NCBI RefSeq assembly: GCF_001677475.2
Contig: NZ_CP015229.1
Strand: one strand, 5' to 3'
DNA from: Escherichia coli
Lineage (GTDB): Bacteria > Pseudomonadota > Gammaproteobacteria > Enterobacterales > Enterobacteriaceae
Length of the DNA: 64,000 nucleotides
Of the stretch, positions 11,991-22,973 are shown piece by piece; position 1 is the stretch's first letter, and the number at the start of each line of letters is the position of its first letter. A program made the translations under genes and the position numbers. A model generated the notes under the pieces. The model did not search any database. It saw nothing but the letters and a program-made list of their open reading frames with translations, and had not been told where the DNA came from.

Positions 11991-12050
11991 TTACTTACGA
12001 AGCATAACTTCGATAAAGTCTTTCCAGTTCCCCAGTTCACGTTCAATCAT
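11991..12050 (-). CDS. ypfM: 19-aa small protein YpfM
   Basis: Minus-strand ATG at 12050 preceded by AGAGAGG RBS; translation MIERELGNWKDFIEVMLRK then TAA; not in the ORF track because of size. Confidence 0.8.
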   Translation of the reverse strand: MIERELGNWKDFIEVMLRK

Positions 12051-12412
12051 AACAACCTCTCTTATAATTATGGGTATTCTACGGAAACAATATACCGTGG
12101 TGAAGCTAATTTACTCGATTGCTGCGATGACTACCTCCGGGGGACAAACCTTATGTAAATACTATGGTCCTGCGGTGATGATTTGTATGTGATACACAGC
12201 AACATTTCGAGATATTCATACGGCATCTAATACTTATTTAATTCTGGTTAAAATACAGACAGATAACAAGATGAATATTCTTAATGTTTACGTTAAAAAT
12301 GTTTAATATTATTTAATAGTTGTTAATTTGAATACTTCAATAATGTTATATTTCCTGATAATCATTTGCAGGCAAAATGTTTTCACTCTTAAATGAGTAT
12401 TTATTCTCATAA

Positions 12413-12787
<375 letters not shown>

Positions 12788-12790
12788 TCT

Positions 12791-13918
12791 ATGTCGTGCC
12801 CGGTTATTGAGCTGACACAACAGCTTATTCGCCGCCCTTCCCTGAGTCCTGATGACGCAGGATGCCAGGCTTTGTTGATTGAACGTTTGCAGGCGATCGG
12901 TTTTACCGTTGAACGCATGGATTTTGCCGATACGCAGAATTTTTGGGCATGGCGTGGGCAGGGTGAAACGTTAGCCTTTGCCGGGCATACCGATGTGGTG
13001 CCGCCTGGCGACGCCGATCGTTGGATCAATCCGCCGTTTGAACCGACCATTCGTGACGGCATGTTATTCGGGCGCGGTGCGGCAGATATGAAAGGCTCGC
13101 TGGCGGCGATGGTGGTAGCTGCAGAACGCTTTGTCGCACAACATCCCAACCATACGGGACGACTGGCATTTCTGATCACCTCTGATGAAGAAGCCAGTGC
13201 CCACAACGGTACGGTAAAAGTCGTCGAAGCGTTAATGGCGCGTAATGAGCGTCTCGATTACTGCCTGGTCGGCGAACCGTCGAGTATCGAAGTGGTAGGT
13301 GACGTGGTGAAAAATGGTCGTCGCGGATCGTTAACCTGCAACCTTACCATTCATGGCGTTCAGGGGCATGTTGCCTACCCGCATCTGGCTGACAATCCGG
13401 TACATCGCGCAGCACCTTTCCTTAATGAATTAGTGGCTATTGAGTGGGATCAGGGCAATGAATTCTTCCCGGCGACCAGTATGCAGATTGCCAATATTCA
13501 GGCGGGAACGGGCAGTAACAACGTTATTCCGGGTGAACTGTTTGTGCAGTTTAACTTCCGCTTCAGCACCGAACTGACTGATGAGATGATCAAAGCGCAG
13601 GTACTTGCCCTGCTTGAAAAACATCAACTGCGCTATACGGTGGATTGGTGGCTTTCCGGGCAGCCATTTTTGACCGCGCGCGGTAAACTGGTGGATGCGG
13701 TCGTTAACGCGGTTGAGCACTATAATGAAATTAAACCGCAGCTACTGACCACAGGCGGAACGTCCGACGGGCGCTTTATTGCCCGCATGGGGGCGCAGGT
13801 GGTGGAACTCGGGCCGGTCAATGCCACTATTCATAAAATTAATGAATGTGTGAACGCTGCCGACCTGCAGCTACTTGCCCGTATGTATCAACGTATCATG
13901 GAACAGCTCGTCGCCTGA
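12791..13918 (+). CDS. dapE: succinyl-diaminopimelate desuccinylase
   Basis: 375-aa M20 peptidase-family ORF; starts 4 bp after the yffB stop. Confidence 0.94.
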
Positions 13919-13945
13919 TGGGTGGTTCTGCAAGAGGAAATAAGC

Positions 13946-14146
13946 ATGGACTGGCTGGCTAAATATTGGTGGATTCTGGTGATTGTCTTTTTGGTAGGCG
14001 TCCTGCTGAACGTGATTAAAGATCTCAAGCGCGTCGACCATAAGAAATTTCTCGCCAACAAGCCGGAGCTTCCCCCGCATCGTGATTTCAACGATAAGTG
14101 GGACGATGACGACGACTGGCCGAAAAAGGATCAACCGAAGAAGTAA
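13946..14146 (+). CDS. ypfN: UPF0370 small membrane protein YpfN
   Basis: ORF 13922..14146 trimmed to internal ATG (66 aa, [18 protein letters not shown]...), single TM helix, acidic tail. Confidence 0.8.
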
Positions 14147-14151
14147 GCTGA

Positions 14152-14216
14152 GCGGCCGGATAAGGCGTTAACGCCGCATCCGGCCATGATGCCTGATACG
14201 GTCTTATCAGGCCTAC
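14152..14216. repeat. REP element pair (BIME-like)
   Basis: gcggccggataaggcgttaacgccgcatccggcc plus a second palindromic unit between the ypfN and ypfH 3' ends. Confidence 0.75.
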
Positions 14217-14226
14217 CCGGCTATTA

Positions 14227-14925
14227 TTACATCATTTCAATCACATCATCATCGCCAGGCTTACCGCCACTTAGCGCTTCGTCGAAATAATGTTTCGGAA
14301 TGGTATAACGCAAGTGATCCAGGGCAAATTGCATACTGCGATTGTCGATCGCATGGCCTAAATCCTCCACGATATCCAGCGTCACGTCACCACCGGCACT
14401 GATTAACGCTTCCTGCGCCGCAACCGCATGCGCCAGATCGATAACCGGATCTTCACCACCATGAATCAAGTGAATTGTCGTGGCTGTAGACGCGGTTTCC
14501 GGCAGGCTCGCATAGCGTCCGTTAAAGGCAATGACGCGTGAGGCAAGGCCCGGTTCGGCTTTAATGCTCTCCAGCGCCATAATCGCGCCTTGAGAGAAAC
14601 CGATTAACGCCGTGGCGGTAGCCCCTACTCCGCTCTGTTTCTGCCAGTAGCGCACCGTCTCAATAAACGTCGGCATGATGGCATCCACACGCGCCTGGCG
14701 ATTATCTTCCGTAATACCCTGCACCGAAAACCACTGACGCCCCGCCGGATTACCGCTCGGCTCCGCGCCTCCGACACACACCACCAGCGCATCAGGAAAT
14801 AGCGGCGCAAACCAGCTACCTATTTCCCCCATTGCCACCGGGTTATCCCCGACACCGTGGAAAAGCAGTAACAACTGTTGCGCAGGTTTATCCGGGCTTT
14901 GAACAACAAAATGGTCATGTTTCAT
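14227..14925 (-). CDS. ypfH: esterase / alpha-beta hydrolase YpfH
   Basis: ORF 14227..14949 trimmed to 232 aa (MKHDHFVVQSP...); GFSQG serine-hydrolase motif. Confidence 0.88.
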   Translation of the reverse strand: MKHDHFVVQSPDKPAQQLLLLFHGVGDNPVAMGEIGSWFAPLFPDALVVCVGGAEPSGNPAGRQWFSVQGITEDNRQARVDAIMPTFIETVRYWQKQSGVGATATALIGFSQGAIMALESIKAEPGLASRVIAFNGRYASLPETASTATTIHLIHGGEDPVIDLAHAVAAQEALISAGGDVTLDIVEDLGHAIDNRSMQFALDHLRYTIPKHYFDEALSGGKPGDDDVIEMM

Positions 14926-14998
14926 GGCGAACTCCTTAACTGATGTCATTAATTTTACGCCGCTGACTCACAATGACCATGAGATAAAATTGAAGGAG

Positions 14999-17014
14999 TC
15001 AGTGAAAAAAATGCCATTGCGTTATGCGATCGCGCAGACGCTCAGTGCGAACATCATCAAGTGCGAACAGCGCCTGCGCGGCCTCTTCCCGCTGGCGAAC
15101 CAGTAACATCTTGCGGCCTGAAAGTTTAAGTGTGGTACATAACTGCGCGTCACTGGCGTTTTTCTGTAAACGCCCACGCAGCGCCGGTAATGCCAGTTCG
15201 CTGGTTTGTAACAGACGCATTAAGCAACCTAACGACGTTAATAGCGGACGATGAGCGAAAGCAAAACCGGCCAGTTCAAGCCAGTCGTCGTCAGAAAGGA
15301 CGGCATCGTTTAGTGGATCAACAGGGAGCGTTTCGCCATTCCACTGCGCGATAGTTTGCGCATCACGGCGTAAACGAAAATGCTCACGTTCTGCCAATTG
15401 TTTACCCGCTTCGCTAATCGGTAACAACGCCATCGCCGTATAGCAACCGCTGCTGGCTTCGCGATGATTACCCATTCGCACCAGCACAAAACCACAGCGT
15501 TGCCAGAAACGCCATAATTCCTCGGTGTAGCCAAAGCTTACCGAAAGGTAATCGAGGCCAAGCGTATATTGCAAAGCGCTGGCAATGAGCTGTTGCCCAA
15601 CGCCTTCGCCCTGACGCGCCGGATGGACTGCAATCCGGCTGACCCGCCGTCCGCGCAATGTCGCTGCCAGTGGATTGCTGCCGTGCGCCGCCAGCGACTG
15701 GGCCACCAGATTACCCCGAGGGCGACGAAAACCTGCCCATACCGCCTGACTGAGTTGTTGAGATAATCCCCCCTCATCCACCAGCCACAGCGCCCCGGCA
15801 ATCTCGTTTTCGCCAGCCGCCTGTAAAAAATGTTGCCCTGGTGCATCCATCATCCGGCGTAAATCCAGCGGCGAGGTCCGGTAGTGCGCGCCAGACAATA
15901 ATTGATAAACCTTTAACGGCGTTTCTGGCTCGCTTCGCCATAACGTCTGTTCAAATGCGGAAATGACGATATTGCCTTGTGGTGTGTGGGTGAAGTTTTC
16001 ATCGTCAAAAACCAGTGCCTCACTAACCATTTTTTCCAGCGGGCATCCCTGTGCCCAGCGGATCGGCTGTTGCAGTTCAAAACGGTGTAAATGCGGAAAG
16101 TGAGCGCAAAATTTCAGCAAAAAACCACGTCCTGTACCTTCGTAGCCCTGCACCGTAGTGGTTAACAACGTTCGAGGAAAACGCGATACCAGTTGATGCA
16201 ACAACGGCGCAGGTATGGCTGCGGCTTCATCGACCACCAGCCAGTCGGCTTGCTCATCGCTGGCTAACAAGGCATCCGGTGCAATAAAGCGAAACTTCTC
16301 GCCCGCAAATTGTGCCAGTACATCCGTTGCCGCTTTTGCGGGCGCGGTGACAATCGCACTGCCCGCAATACGAGAAATGAGTTGCCCTGCCAACGCCGAT
16401 TTACCGCGCCCACGCGCAGCCGTTACCGCTGCCACGCCCAATGGCATGGTCAGTAGCTGCTGTAAGAGTTGCTGTTGTTCTGGTTGTGGTGTGCCGGTCG
16501 CGGGGTGCCAGTCAGTACGGGGAGTAAAATGCGCCAACGAGAACGGCTGGTTTTGCCGCCAGAGAATAGCGTCGTTATCCGCCGTAAGTACGCGTTTGAG
16601 ATGCTGGACAAAATGCGGCGTCGCAATAGGGTCAGGGCAATCACTCCAGCGCAGCGAGTCGGCATCAGGTTGGTTTTCCCACTCTTCCCATACAGGGAGT
16701 AACAAAACCAGCCAACTTCCCGCTTTCAACGTTCCGCTAAGTGCCGCAAAGGCAGCGGCATCAAAGCCGTGGCGGGCGTCGAATACCGCATGCCGGAACT
16801 CGCGCCCAAGTAAAGTTTGTAGCGCCGAGGGTGAACTGTGGTTTTCAGCATCTGGCTGCGGCGAAATCCACAGCCAGTCGCCAGGTAAGGCATCACGCAA
16901 CTTAAGCGCATGAGCAAAACACCAACCCTCTTCCCCGCTCAACACCAGCAAGCGGCGGATCCCTTCACGTTTCATTTGCGCTGTTAATGTGTGAAGCGCA
17001 GTCAGTTCAGCCAT
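14999..17014 (-). CDS. tmcA: tRNA(Met) cytidine acetyltransferase TmcA
   Basis: 671-aa ORF; helicase-like Walker A (GRGKSA) followed by a GNAT acetyltransferase domain. Confidence 0.92.
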   Translation of the reverse strand: MAELTALHTLTAQMKREGIRRLLVLSGEEGWCFAHALKLRDALPGDWLWISPQPDAENHSSPSALQTLLGREFRHAVFDARHGFDAAAFAALSGTLKAGSWLVLLLPVWEEWENQPDADSLRWSDCPDPIATPHFVQHLKRVLTADNDAILWRQNQPFSLAHFTPRTDWHPATGTPQPEQQQLLQQLLTMPLGVAAVTAARGRGKSALAGQLISRIAGSAIVTAPAKAATDVLAQFAGEKFRFIAPDALLASDEQADWLVVDEAAAIPAPLLHQLVSRFPRTLLTTTVQGYEGTGRGFLLKFCAHFPHLHRFELQQPIRWAQGCPLEKMVSEALVFDDENFTHTPQGNIVISAFEQTLWRSEPETPLKVYQLLSGAHYRTSPLDLRRMMDAPGQHFLQAAGENEIAGALWLVDEGGLSQQLSQAVWAGFRRPRGNLVAQSLAAHGSNPLAATLRGRRVSRIAVHPARQGEGVGQQLIASALQYTLGLDYLSVSFGYTEELWRFWQRCGFVLVRMGNHREASSGCYTAMALLPISEAGKQLAEREHFRLRRDAQTIAQWNGETLPVDPLNDAVLSDDDWLELAGFAFAHRPLLTSLGCLMRLLQTSELALPALRGRLQKNASDAQLCTTLKLSGRKMLLVRQREEAAQALFALDDVRTERLRDRITQWHFFH

Positions 17015-17028
17015 CCCTGCCCCGGAAG

Positions 17029-17892
17029 TTAAATGCTTTTACCAAAAGTATTGCATTGTGCCGGATCGCCGCTGTCGAAACCACGTTTAAACCAGCTGTA
17101 GCGTTGCTGAGAAGTACCATGAGTGAAACTGTCTGGTACTACTCGCCCCTGACTTTGCTGTTGTAAACGGTCATCGCCGATGGCCTGCGCCGCGTTCAGC
17201 GCCTCTTCCAGATCGCCGGTTTCCAGAACACCTTGCTGCTGCATACTATGCCCCCAGACACCGGCAAAACAGTCGGCCTGGAGTTCCATACGCACAGATA
17301 AGCGGTTCACTTCCGCCTGCGTCGCGTTTTGTTGCAGTTGACGAACTTTCGGCTCGATGCCTAACAGTTTCTGCACATGATGACCGACTTCATGGGCGAT
17401 AACGTACCCCTGGGCAAAATCGCCATCCGCGCCAAGTTTGTCTTTCATGTCATCATAGAAAGAGAGATCGATATAAACCGTGCCATCCGCCGGGCAATAG
17501 AACGGTCCCATAATGGACTGGCCCGCCCCGCAGCCGGTGCGCGTCATTCCACGGTACATGACCAGCTTCGGTTGCTGATAGGTTTTACCCATCTTCTCGA
17601 ATTGCTGTCCCCAGGTGTCTTCCGTGGTTGCCAGAATCACCGAAGTGAATTTTGCGGCTTCGTCTTCATTAGGACTAATTGACCGTGTTGATTGCTGTTG
17701 GGAAACCGGCTGTCCGGTCATCAACCCGGTTAAATCAACGCCATAGTAGCCTGCAACCAGCACGACTATCAGTAAAATCAGCCCGCCTTTACCGCTTGGC
17801 AGGCGAAAACCGGGACCGCCCATAGACGGACCACCAGAGCTGTTGCGCCTGTCTTCAACATTATCACTTTCACGTCGCCCTTGCCAACGCAT
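17029..17892 (-). CDS. ypfJ: putative zinc metalloprotease YpfJ
   Basis: 287-aa ORF with N-terminal TM segment and HEVGHH zinc-binding motif. Confidence 0.88.
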
Positions 17893-18059
17893 AGATACCT
17901 CAACAATATATTCATTATAGAAATGATCGTAGGTGGTTCAGAGGAAGATTACCACAGGAAAGCGGGATGAAATGGCGGAGGAATGAGCGTTCAATGCACA
18001 TCTTCCGAGAGCGGTTGTCTTGCCGTGCCAGCTGCACGGCAAGATGATGAACAGAAAAA

Positions 18060-18773
18060 TCAGTCCAGCTGTACACCCAGGCGGCGGGCGACGGCTTCAT
18101 AGGCTTCGATCAGGCCACCGAGGCTCTGGCGGAAACGGTCTTTGTCCATTTTCTCCAGCGTTTCTTTGTCCCACAGGCGGCTGCCGTCCGGGGAGAACTC
18201 ATCGCCCAGTACCACTTCACCTTTGTACAGGCCAAACTCCAGTTTAAAGTCGACCAAAATCAGACCAGCATCATCGAACAGTTGTTTCAGCACGTCGTTC
18301 GCTTTGTAGGTCAGCTCTTTCATACGCGCCAGGTTCTCTTTGCTCACCCAGCCAAAGGTTTCGCAGTAAGATTCGTTGACCATCGGATCGTGCATGGCGT
18401 CGTTTTTCAGGAACAGATCGAACAGCGGCGGGTTCAGCTCAATACCTTCTTCGATTCCAAGACGTTTCACCAGAGAGCCAGCAGCACGGTTACGCACGAC
18501 ACACTCAACCGGCACCATATCCAGCTTTTTCACCAGACATTCGGTATCGGAGAGCAGACGCTCCATTTGAGTCGGGATACCCGCTTCAGCCAGTTTGCTC
18601 ATAATGAAGTAGTTGAACTTGTTGTTCACCATACCTTTGCGATCAAACTGCTCAATGCGCGCGCCATCCCCTGCTGACGTATCATTGCGGAATTCGAGCA
18701 CCAACAGGTCCGGGTTTTCCGTGCTGTATACGGTTTTCGCTTTACCACGATACAACTCAGCTTGCTTTTGCAT
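18060..18773 (-). CDS. purC: SAICAR synthetase
   Basis: ORF 18060..18782 trimmed to 237 aa ([16 protein letters not shown]...). Confidence 0.94.
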   Translation of the reverse strand: MQKQAELYRGKAKTVYSTENPDLLVLEFRNDTSAGDGARIEQFDRKGMVNNKFNYFIMSKLAEAGIPTQMERLLSDTECLVKKLDMVPVECVVRNRAAGSLVKRLGIEEGIELNPPLFDLFLKNDAMHDPMVNESYCETFGWVSKENLARMKELTYKANDVLKQLFDDAGLILVDFKLEFGLYKGEVVLGDEFSPDGSRLWDKETLEKMDKDRFRQSLGGLIEAYEAVARRLGVQLD

Positions 18774-18825
18774 CTTTATCACTCCTGGGTGTGAATTAAC
18801 GTTTTAAAATCTTTTGCTGTCTGGT

Positions 18826-18874
18826 GTGCCGGATGTTTTGTCAGATGCGGCAAGAACGCCTTATCCGACCTACG
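18826..18874. repeat. REP-like palindromic element
   Basis: gtgccggatg...gcggcaagaacgccttatccgacctacg in the bamC-purC intergenic region. Confidence 0.55.
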
Positions 18875-18925
18875 TCCGACAAACAAATTTCGTGCGAATT
18901 ACCGCTAAAATCGCGTTTTCCTGCC

Positions 18926-18941
18926 GACGCACACGTTTGCG
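18926..18941 (-). promoter_or_regulatory. PurR operator (pur box) of purC
   Basis: acgcacacgtttgcgt (reverse complement ACGCAAACGTGTGCGT), 15/16 match to palindromic pur box consensus ACGCAAACGTTTGCGT, upstream of purC. Confidence 0.7.
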
Positions 18942-18985
18942 TATCATATCAGAAAAAAGGGCCGGATGACTCCAGCCCTATATTT

Positions 18986-20020
18986 TTACTTGCTAAACGC
19001 AGCCTGGAAGACAGCTACCAGCGCGTCGTTCTGACTCTGAGTCAGAGTATGACCTTTCGGATCGATGAACTGTAGGCTGCTGCGGTTATCTAAATCGCCA
19101 ACCTGCAGTTTATAGTCACCGGATGCCAGGCCTGGATCGCTCGCGCCCAGTTCCTGCCAGTCGCTGTCAGACAGCGGCTTATAAGTTACGGCCATGTTGC
19201 CCTGCGAACGGGTGCTGTCGGTCACTTTCATGCCCACTTTTTCCAGCGCCGCTGGCAGACGTCGCCAAACCACATTGAACGGCCCGCGTACGACCAGCAT
19301 TGGTAAACCGGTGTCATCAGCTGCACTTTGTACGTCCATAGTGGTGGAGGCACGATTTTGCGCAGCGTTCGCGGCGTCAGTGGCAGATTTATCCAGACCG
19401 GCGGAAATAACGTTCATCATCTCCGTGCTGTAACGCTGCATGGAAGCCGCGTCTGCAACCGGTTTGCCCGCCTGTTCCAGGTTCAGCAGTTTAACCGTAA
19501 CCGCCTGCTGATAACCCTGCGGCTTAACAGAGATTTGATAACGACCACGATACTGCTCGTCTTCGTCCAGACGGTTCCATTGTACCCAATCGGTGGTCAG
19601 TGTCTGACCAGCATCATCACGTTGGGTGATGGTGTAGCTTTTCGCCTGCAGCACGCTAACCACCTGCGGCCACAGAGTATTGCCACGACCATTTTCCACC
19701 AGCAATGAAGCGGTATCGCCCGTGAACTGGGTACGCGCGCCAGAAACCAGTGCCAGCGGCTGGGCTGGTGGACGAATGTCCAGCGCCTTACCGACAGCAC
19801 CACTACCGTTGGTCACCGGGATTGCATAATCACCGGAGGTCACCGGCAAAATCATTCCAGCCGGGGCATGAAGCTCCGCAAGCGGTGCCGCTTCCAGGTA
19901 GGCTTCATCACCACTGACCTGACGCTTATAGCGTGAGTCAGAACTACAGGCAGCGAGTAATAAAACAAGCGAAACACCCGCAACCTTTGCCAGGCGCGAC
20001 TTTTGAACAGAGTAAGCCAT
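18986..20020 (-). CDS. bamC: outer membrane protein assembly lipoprotein BamC
   Basis: 344 aa from second Met; lipoprotein signal with lipobox LLAAC. Confidence 0.93.
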   Translation of the reverse strand: MAYSVQKSRLAKVAGVSLVLLLAACSSDSRYKRQVSGDEAYLEAAPLAELHAPAGMILPVTSGDYAIPVTNGSGAVGKALDIRPPAQPLALVSGARTQFTGDTASLLVENGRGNTLWPQVVSVLQAKSYTITQRDDAGQTLTTDWVQWNRLDEDEQYRGRYQISVKPQGYQQAVTVKLLNLEQAGKPVADAASMQRYSTEMMNVISAGLDKSATDAANAAQNRASTTMDVQSAADDTGLPMLVVRGPFNVVWRRLPAALEKVGMKVTDSTRSQGNMAVTYKPLSDSDWQELGASDPGLASGDYKLQVGDLDNRSSLQFIDPKGHTLTQSQNDALVAVFQAAFSK

Positions 20021-20036
20021 CAAATCTCCCTAAACT

Positions 20037-20915
20037 TTACAGCAAACCGGCATGCTTAAGCGCCGCTCTGACCGTCTCACGACCACTGTCGGTGATTGGT
20101 GTCATTGGCAGGCGCAGCGTATCGGTCGCCACAAGACCCAGTTCCTTACATGCCCATTTCACCGGGATTGGATTGGGTTCGACAAATAGTTTGTTGTGTA
20201 ATGGCATCAGACGCTGATTAATAACGCGTGCCTCGGCAAAATGCCCTTCTGCTGCCAGTTTGCACATCTGGGCCATATCACGCGCTGCGACGTTAGCCGT
20301 AACGGAAATAACCCCATGACCGCCTAATTGCATGAAGTCCAGCGCGCTCGCATCATCGCCGCTCAGCAGAACAAAATCATCTGAAACCAGCTCTTTGATC
20401 TGGTTTACACGCGTTAAGTTCCCTGTTGCCTCTTTGATTCCGATAATATTTTTTACTTTCGCCAGACGGCCCACCGTTTCCGGGAGCAGATCGCAGCCAG
20501 TACGGGACGGCACATTATACAGAATTTGCGGCAGGTCAGTATGTTCAGCGATGGCTTTGAAATGCTGATACAAACCTTCTTGCGACGGACGATTGTAGTA
20601 AGGGGTTACCGTCAGGCAGCCGACGATACCACTGTCATTGAAGCGCTGCGTCAGGCTAATGGCTTCCGCAGTAGCGTTAGCGCCGGTCCCGGCAATCACC
20701 GGAATGCGCCCGTCAGCCAGCTCCAGCGTCATCATCACCACATCAGCATGTTCGTCATGATTTAAGGTAGCGGACTCGCCAGTGGTGCCAACAGAAACGA
20801 TCGCCGAAGTACCGCTGGCGACATGATAATCAATCAGTTTTTTCAAGCTAGCCCGACAGACATTACCTTTTTCATCCATCGGAGTAACAATCGCGACAAT
20901 ACTTCCCGTGAACAT
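20037..20915 (-). CDS. dapA: 4-hydroxy-tetrahydrodipicolinate synthase
   Basis: ORF 20037..20933 trimmed to 292 aa ([17 protein letters not shown]...). Confidence 0.94.
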   Translation of the reverse strand: MFTGSIVAIVTPMDEKGNVCRASLKKLIDYHVASGTSAIVSVGTTGESATLNHDEHADVVMMTLELADGRIPVIAGTGANATAEAISLTQRFNDSGIVGCLTVTPYYNRPSQEGLYQHFKAIAEHTDLPQILYNVPSRTGCDLLPETVGRLAKVKNIIGIKEATGNLTRVNQIKELVSDDFVLLSGDDASALDFMQLGGHGVISVTANVAARDMAQMCKLAAEGHFAEARVINQRLMPLHNKLFVEPNPIPVKWACKELGLVATDTLRLPMTPITDSGRETVRAALKHAGLL

Positions 20916-21060
20916 GGGCCATCCTCTGTGCAAACAAGTGTCTCAATGGTACGTTTGGTATGGCATTAAAAGCAAGCAGACAGAACCGTTCTGATTGTTG
21001 TATGCATGTTTTTTTTATGCTTTCCTTAAGAACAACTCACCCATTAAAGGAATAACCAGT

Positions 21061-21633
21061 TTGACACTGTCATCGCAACATTATCTGGTGATCACTGCGT
21101 TGGGTGCCGATCGCCCTGGAATTGTGAACACCATCACCCGTCATGTCAGTAGTTGCGGCTGTAATATTGAAGACAGTCGCCTGGCGATGCTGGGAGAAGA
21201 GTTCACGTTTATTATGCTGCTTTCCGGTTCATGGAATGCCATTACTCTGATTGAATCAACGTTACCGTTGAAAGGTGCCGAGCTGGATCTTTTAATCGTG
21301 ATGAAGCGCACGACGGCGCGTCCGCGTCCGCCAATGCCAGCATCTGTCTGGGTTCAGGTCGATGTGGCAGACTCCCCGCATTTAATTGAACGCTTCACAG
21401 CACTTTTCGACGCGCATCATATGAACATTGCGGAGCTGGTGTCGCGCACGCAACCTGCTGAAAATGAACGGGCTGCGCAGTTGCATATTCAGATAACCGC
21501 CCACAGCCCCGCATCTGCGGACGCAGCAAATATTGAGCAAGCATTCAAAGCCCTATGTACAGAACTCAATGCACAAGGCAGTATTAACGTCGTCAATTAT
21601 TCCCAACATGATGAACAGGATGGAGTTAAGTAA
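21061..21633 (+). CDS. gcvR: glycine cleavage system transcriptional repressor GcvR
   Basis: ORF 20995..21633; probable TTG start at 21061 giving 190 aa (tandem ACT domains); start assignment uncertain. Confidence 0.8.
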   Translation: MTLSSQHYLVITALGADRPGIVNTITRHVSSCGCNIEDSRLAMLGEEFTFIMLLSGSWNAITLIESTLPLKGAELDLLIVMKRTTARPRPPMPASVWVQVDVADSPHLIERFTALFDAHHMNIAELVSRTQPAENERAAQLHIQITAHSPASADAANIEQAFKALCTELNAQGSINVVNYSQHDEQDGVK

Positions 21634-22103
21634 TGAATCCACTGAAAGCCGGTGATATCGCACCGAAATTTAGCTTGCCGGATCAAGACGGAGAACAAGT
21701 TAATTTGACCGACTTCCAGGGACAGCGTGTTCTGGTTTATTTCTACCCGAAAGCCATGACCCCCGGCTGTACCGTACAGGCCTGCGGCTTACGCGATAAC
21801 ATGGATGAGTTGAAAAAAGCGGGCGTTGATGTGCTGGGTATCAGCACCGATAAACCCGAAAAACTCTCCCGTTTTGCGGAAAAAGAGCTGCTTAACTTTA
21901 CGCTCCTGTCTGATGAGGACCACCAGGTGTGCGAACAATTCGGCGTCTGGGGTGAAAAGTCCTTCATGGGCAAAACCTACGATGGTATTCATCGCATCAG
22001 CTTCCTGATTGACGCTGATGGCAAAATCGAACATGTCTTTGACGATTTCAAAACCAGCAATCACCACGACGTTGTGCTGAACTGGCTGAAAGAACACGCC
22101 TGA
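21633..22103 (+). CDS. bcp: thiol peroxidase Bcp (peroxiredoxin)
   Basis: 156-aa ORF with peroxiredoxin active-site PGCT motif; ATG overlaps the gcvR stop by 1 nt. Confidence 0.94.
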   Translation: MNPLKAGDIAPKFSLPDQDGEQVNLTDFQGQRVLVYFYPKAMTPGCTVQACGLRDNMDELKKAGVDVLGISTDKPEKLSRFAEKELLNFTLLSDEDHQVCEQFGVWGEKSFMGKTYDGIHRISFLIDADGKIEHVFDDFKTSNHHDVVLNWLKEHA

Positions 22104-22298
22104 TTACTTTGCTCCATTCCGTGCTGGCTGCGCTTGCGGTCAGCACACCTCACTTCTCGTGATCAAGATCACATTCTTGCTTTCCCCTGCGACACGGGTG
22201 TCGAATTCATTTTTTGCTGAACGTTAATGACCATCATTTTTGTACCGTTCAGAATACAGTTAATTCATAACTTATTGAATATATTAAATTAATAAGAC

Positions 22299-22314
22299 TG
22301 GCATCCTTTATGCA
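22299..22314 (+). promoter_or_regulatory. sigma-54 (-24/-12) promoter of the hyf operon
   Basis: TGGCAT-ccttta-TGCA, GG and GC at canonical spacing, ~40 bp upstream of hyfA ATG; operon ends with sigma-54 activator gene hyfR. Confidence 0.7.
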
Positions 22315-22355
22315 ATATGAAATGCAATGTTTCATATCATTTTCAAGGAGCCGAC

Positions 22356-22973
22356 ATGAACCGCTTTGTGGTGGCCGAACCACTGTGGTGTACAGGATGT
22401 AATACCTGTCTCGCTGCCTGTTCGGACGTGCATAAAACGCAAGGTTTACAGCAACACCCGCGCCTGGCCCTGGCGAAGACGTCAACACTCACTGCCCCTG
22501 TCGTGTGTCATCACTGTGAGGAAGCCCCTTGCCTGCAGGTCTGCCCGGTCAATGCCATCTCCCAGAGGGATGATGCGATCCAACTCAACGAAAGCCTCTG
22601 TATTGGCTGCAAGCTTTGCGCCGTGGTCTGCCCATTTGGCGCAATCAGCGCTTCAGGAAGCCGTCCGGTGAATGCCCCTGCGCAATATGTTTTTCAGGCT
22701 GACGGCTCACTCAAAGACGGCGAAGAAAACGCGCCGACCCAACATGCTTTGCTGCGCTGGGAACCGGGTGTCCAGACCGTCGCGGTGAAATGCGACCTGT
22801 GTGATTTCTTGCCAGAAGGTCCGGCCTGCGTTCGCGCTTGCCCGAATCATGCGTTACGGCTGATCACCGACGATAGCCTGCAACGTCAGATGAAAGAAAA
22901 ACAGCGCCTTGCCGCAAGCTGGTTTGCCAATGGCGGGGAGGATCCCCTTTCCCTCACTCAGGAGCAACGCTAA
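22356..22973 (+). CDS. hyfA: hydrogenase-4 ferredoxin-type Fe-S subunit
   Basis: ORF 22317..22973 trimmed to ATG 22356 with AAGGAG RBS (205 aa); multiple CxxCxxCxxxCP motifs. Confidence 0.92.
   Translation: MNRFVVAEPLWCTGCNTCLAACSDVHKTQGLQQHPRLALAKTSTLTAPVVCHHCEEAPCLQVCPVNAISQRDDAIQLNESLCIGCKLCAVVCPFGAISASGSRPVNAPAQYVFQADGSLKDGEENAPTQHALLRWEPGVQTVAVKCDLCDFLPEGPACVRACPNHALRLITDDSLQRQMKEKQRLAASWFANGGEDPLSLTQEQR

Noticed and set aside
11965-12192. 75-aa plus-strand ORF overlapping ypfM
   Set aside because: Overlaps the better-supported 19-codon ypfM in antisense and runs through AT-rich DNA; hydrophobic low-complexity translation.
16215-16913. 232-aa ORF antisense to tmcA
   Set aside because: Ala/Ser/Cys-rich low-complexity shadow ORF inside a conserved gene.
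22122-22147. Stem-loop gtgctggctgcgcttgcggtcagcac after bcp as a terminator
   Set aside because: No adjacent T-tract; may be structural but cannot be called an intrinsic terminator from sequence alone.
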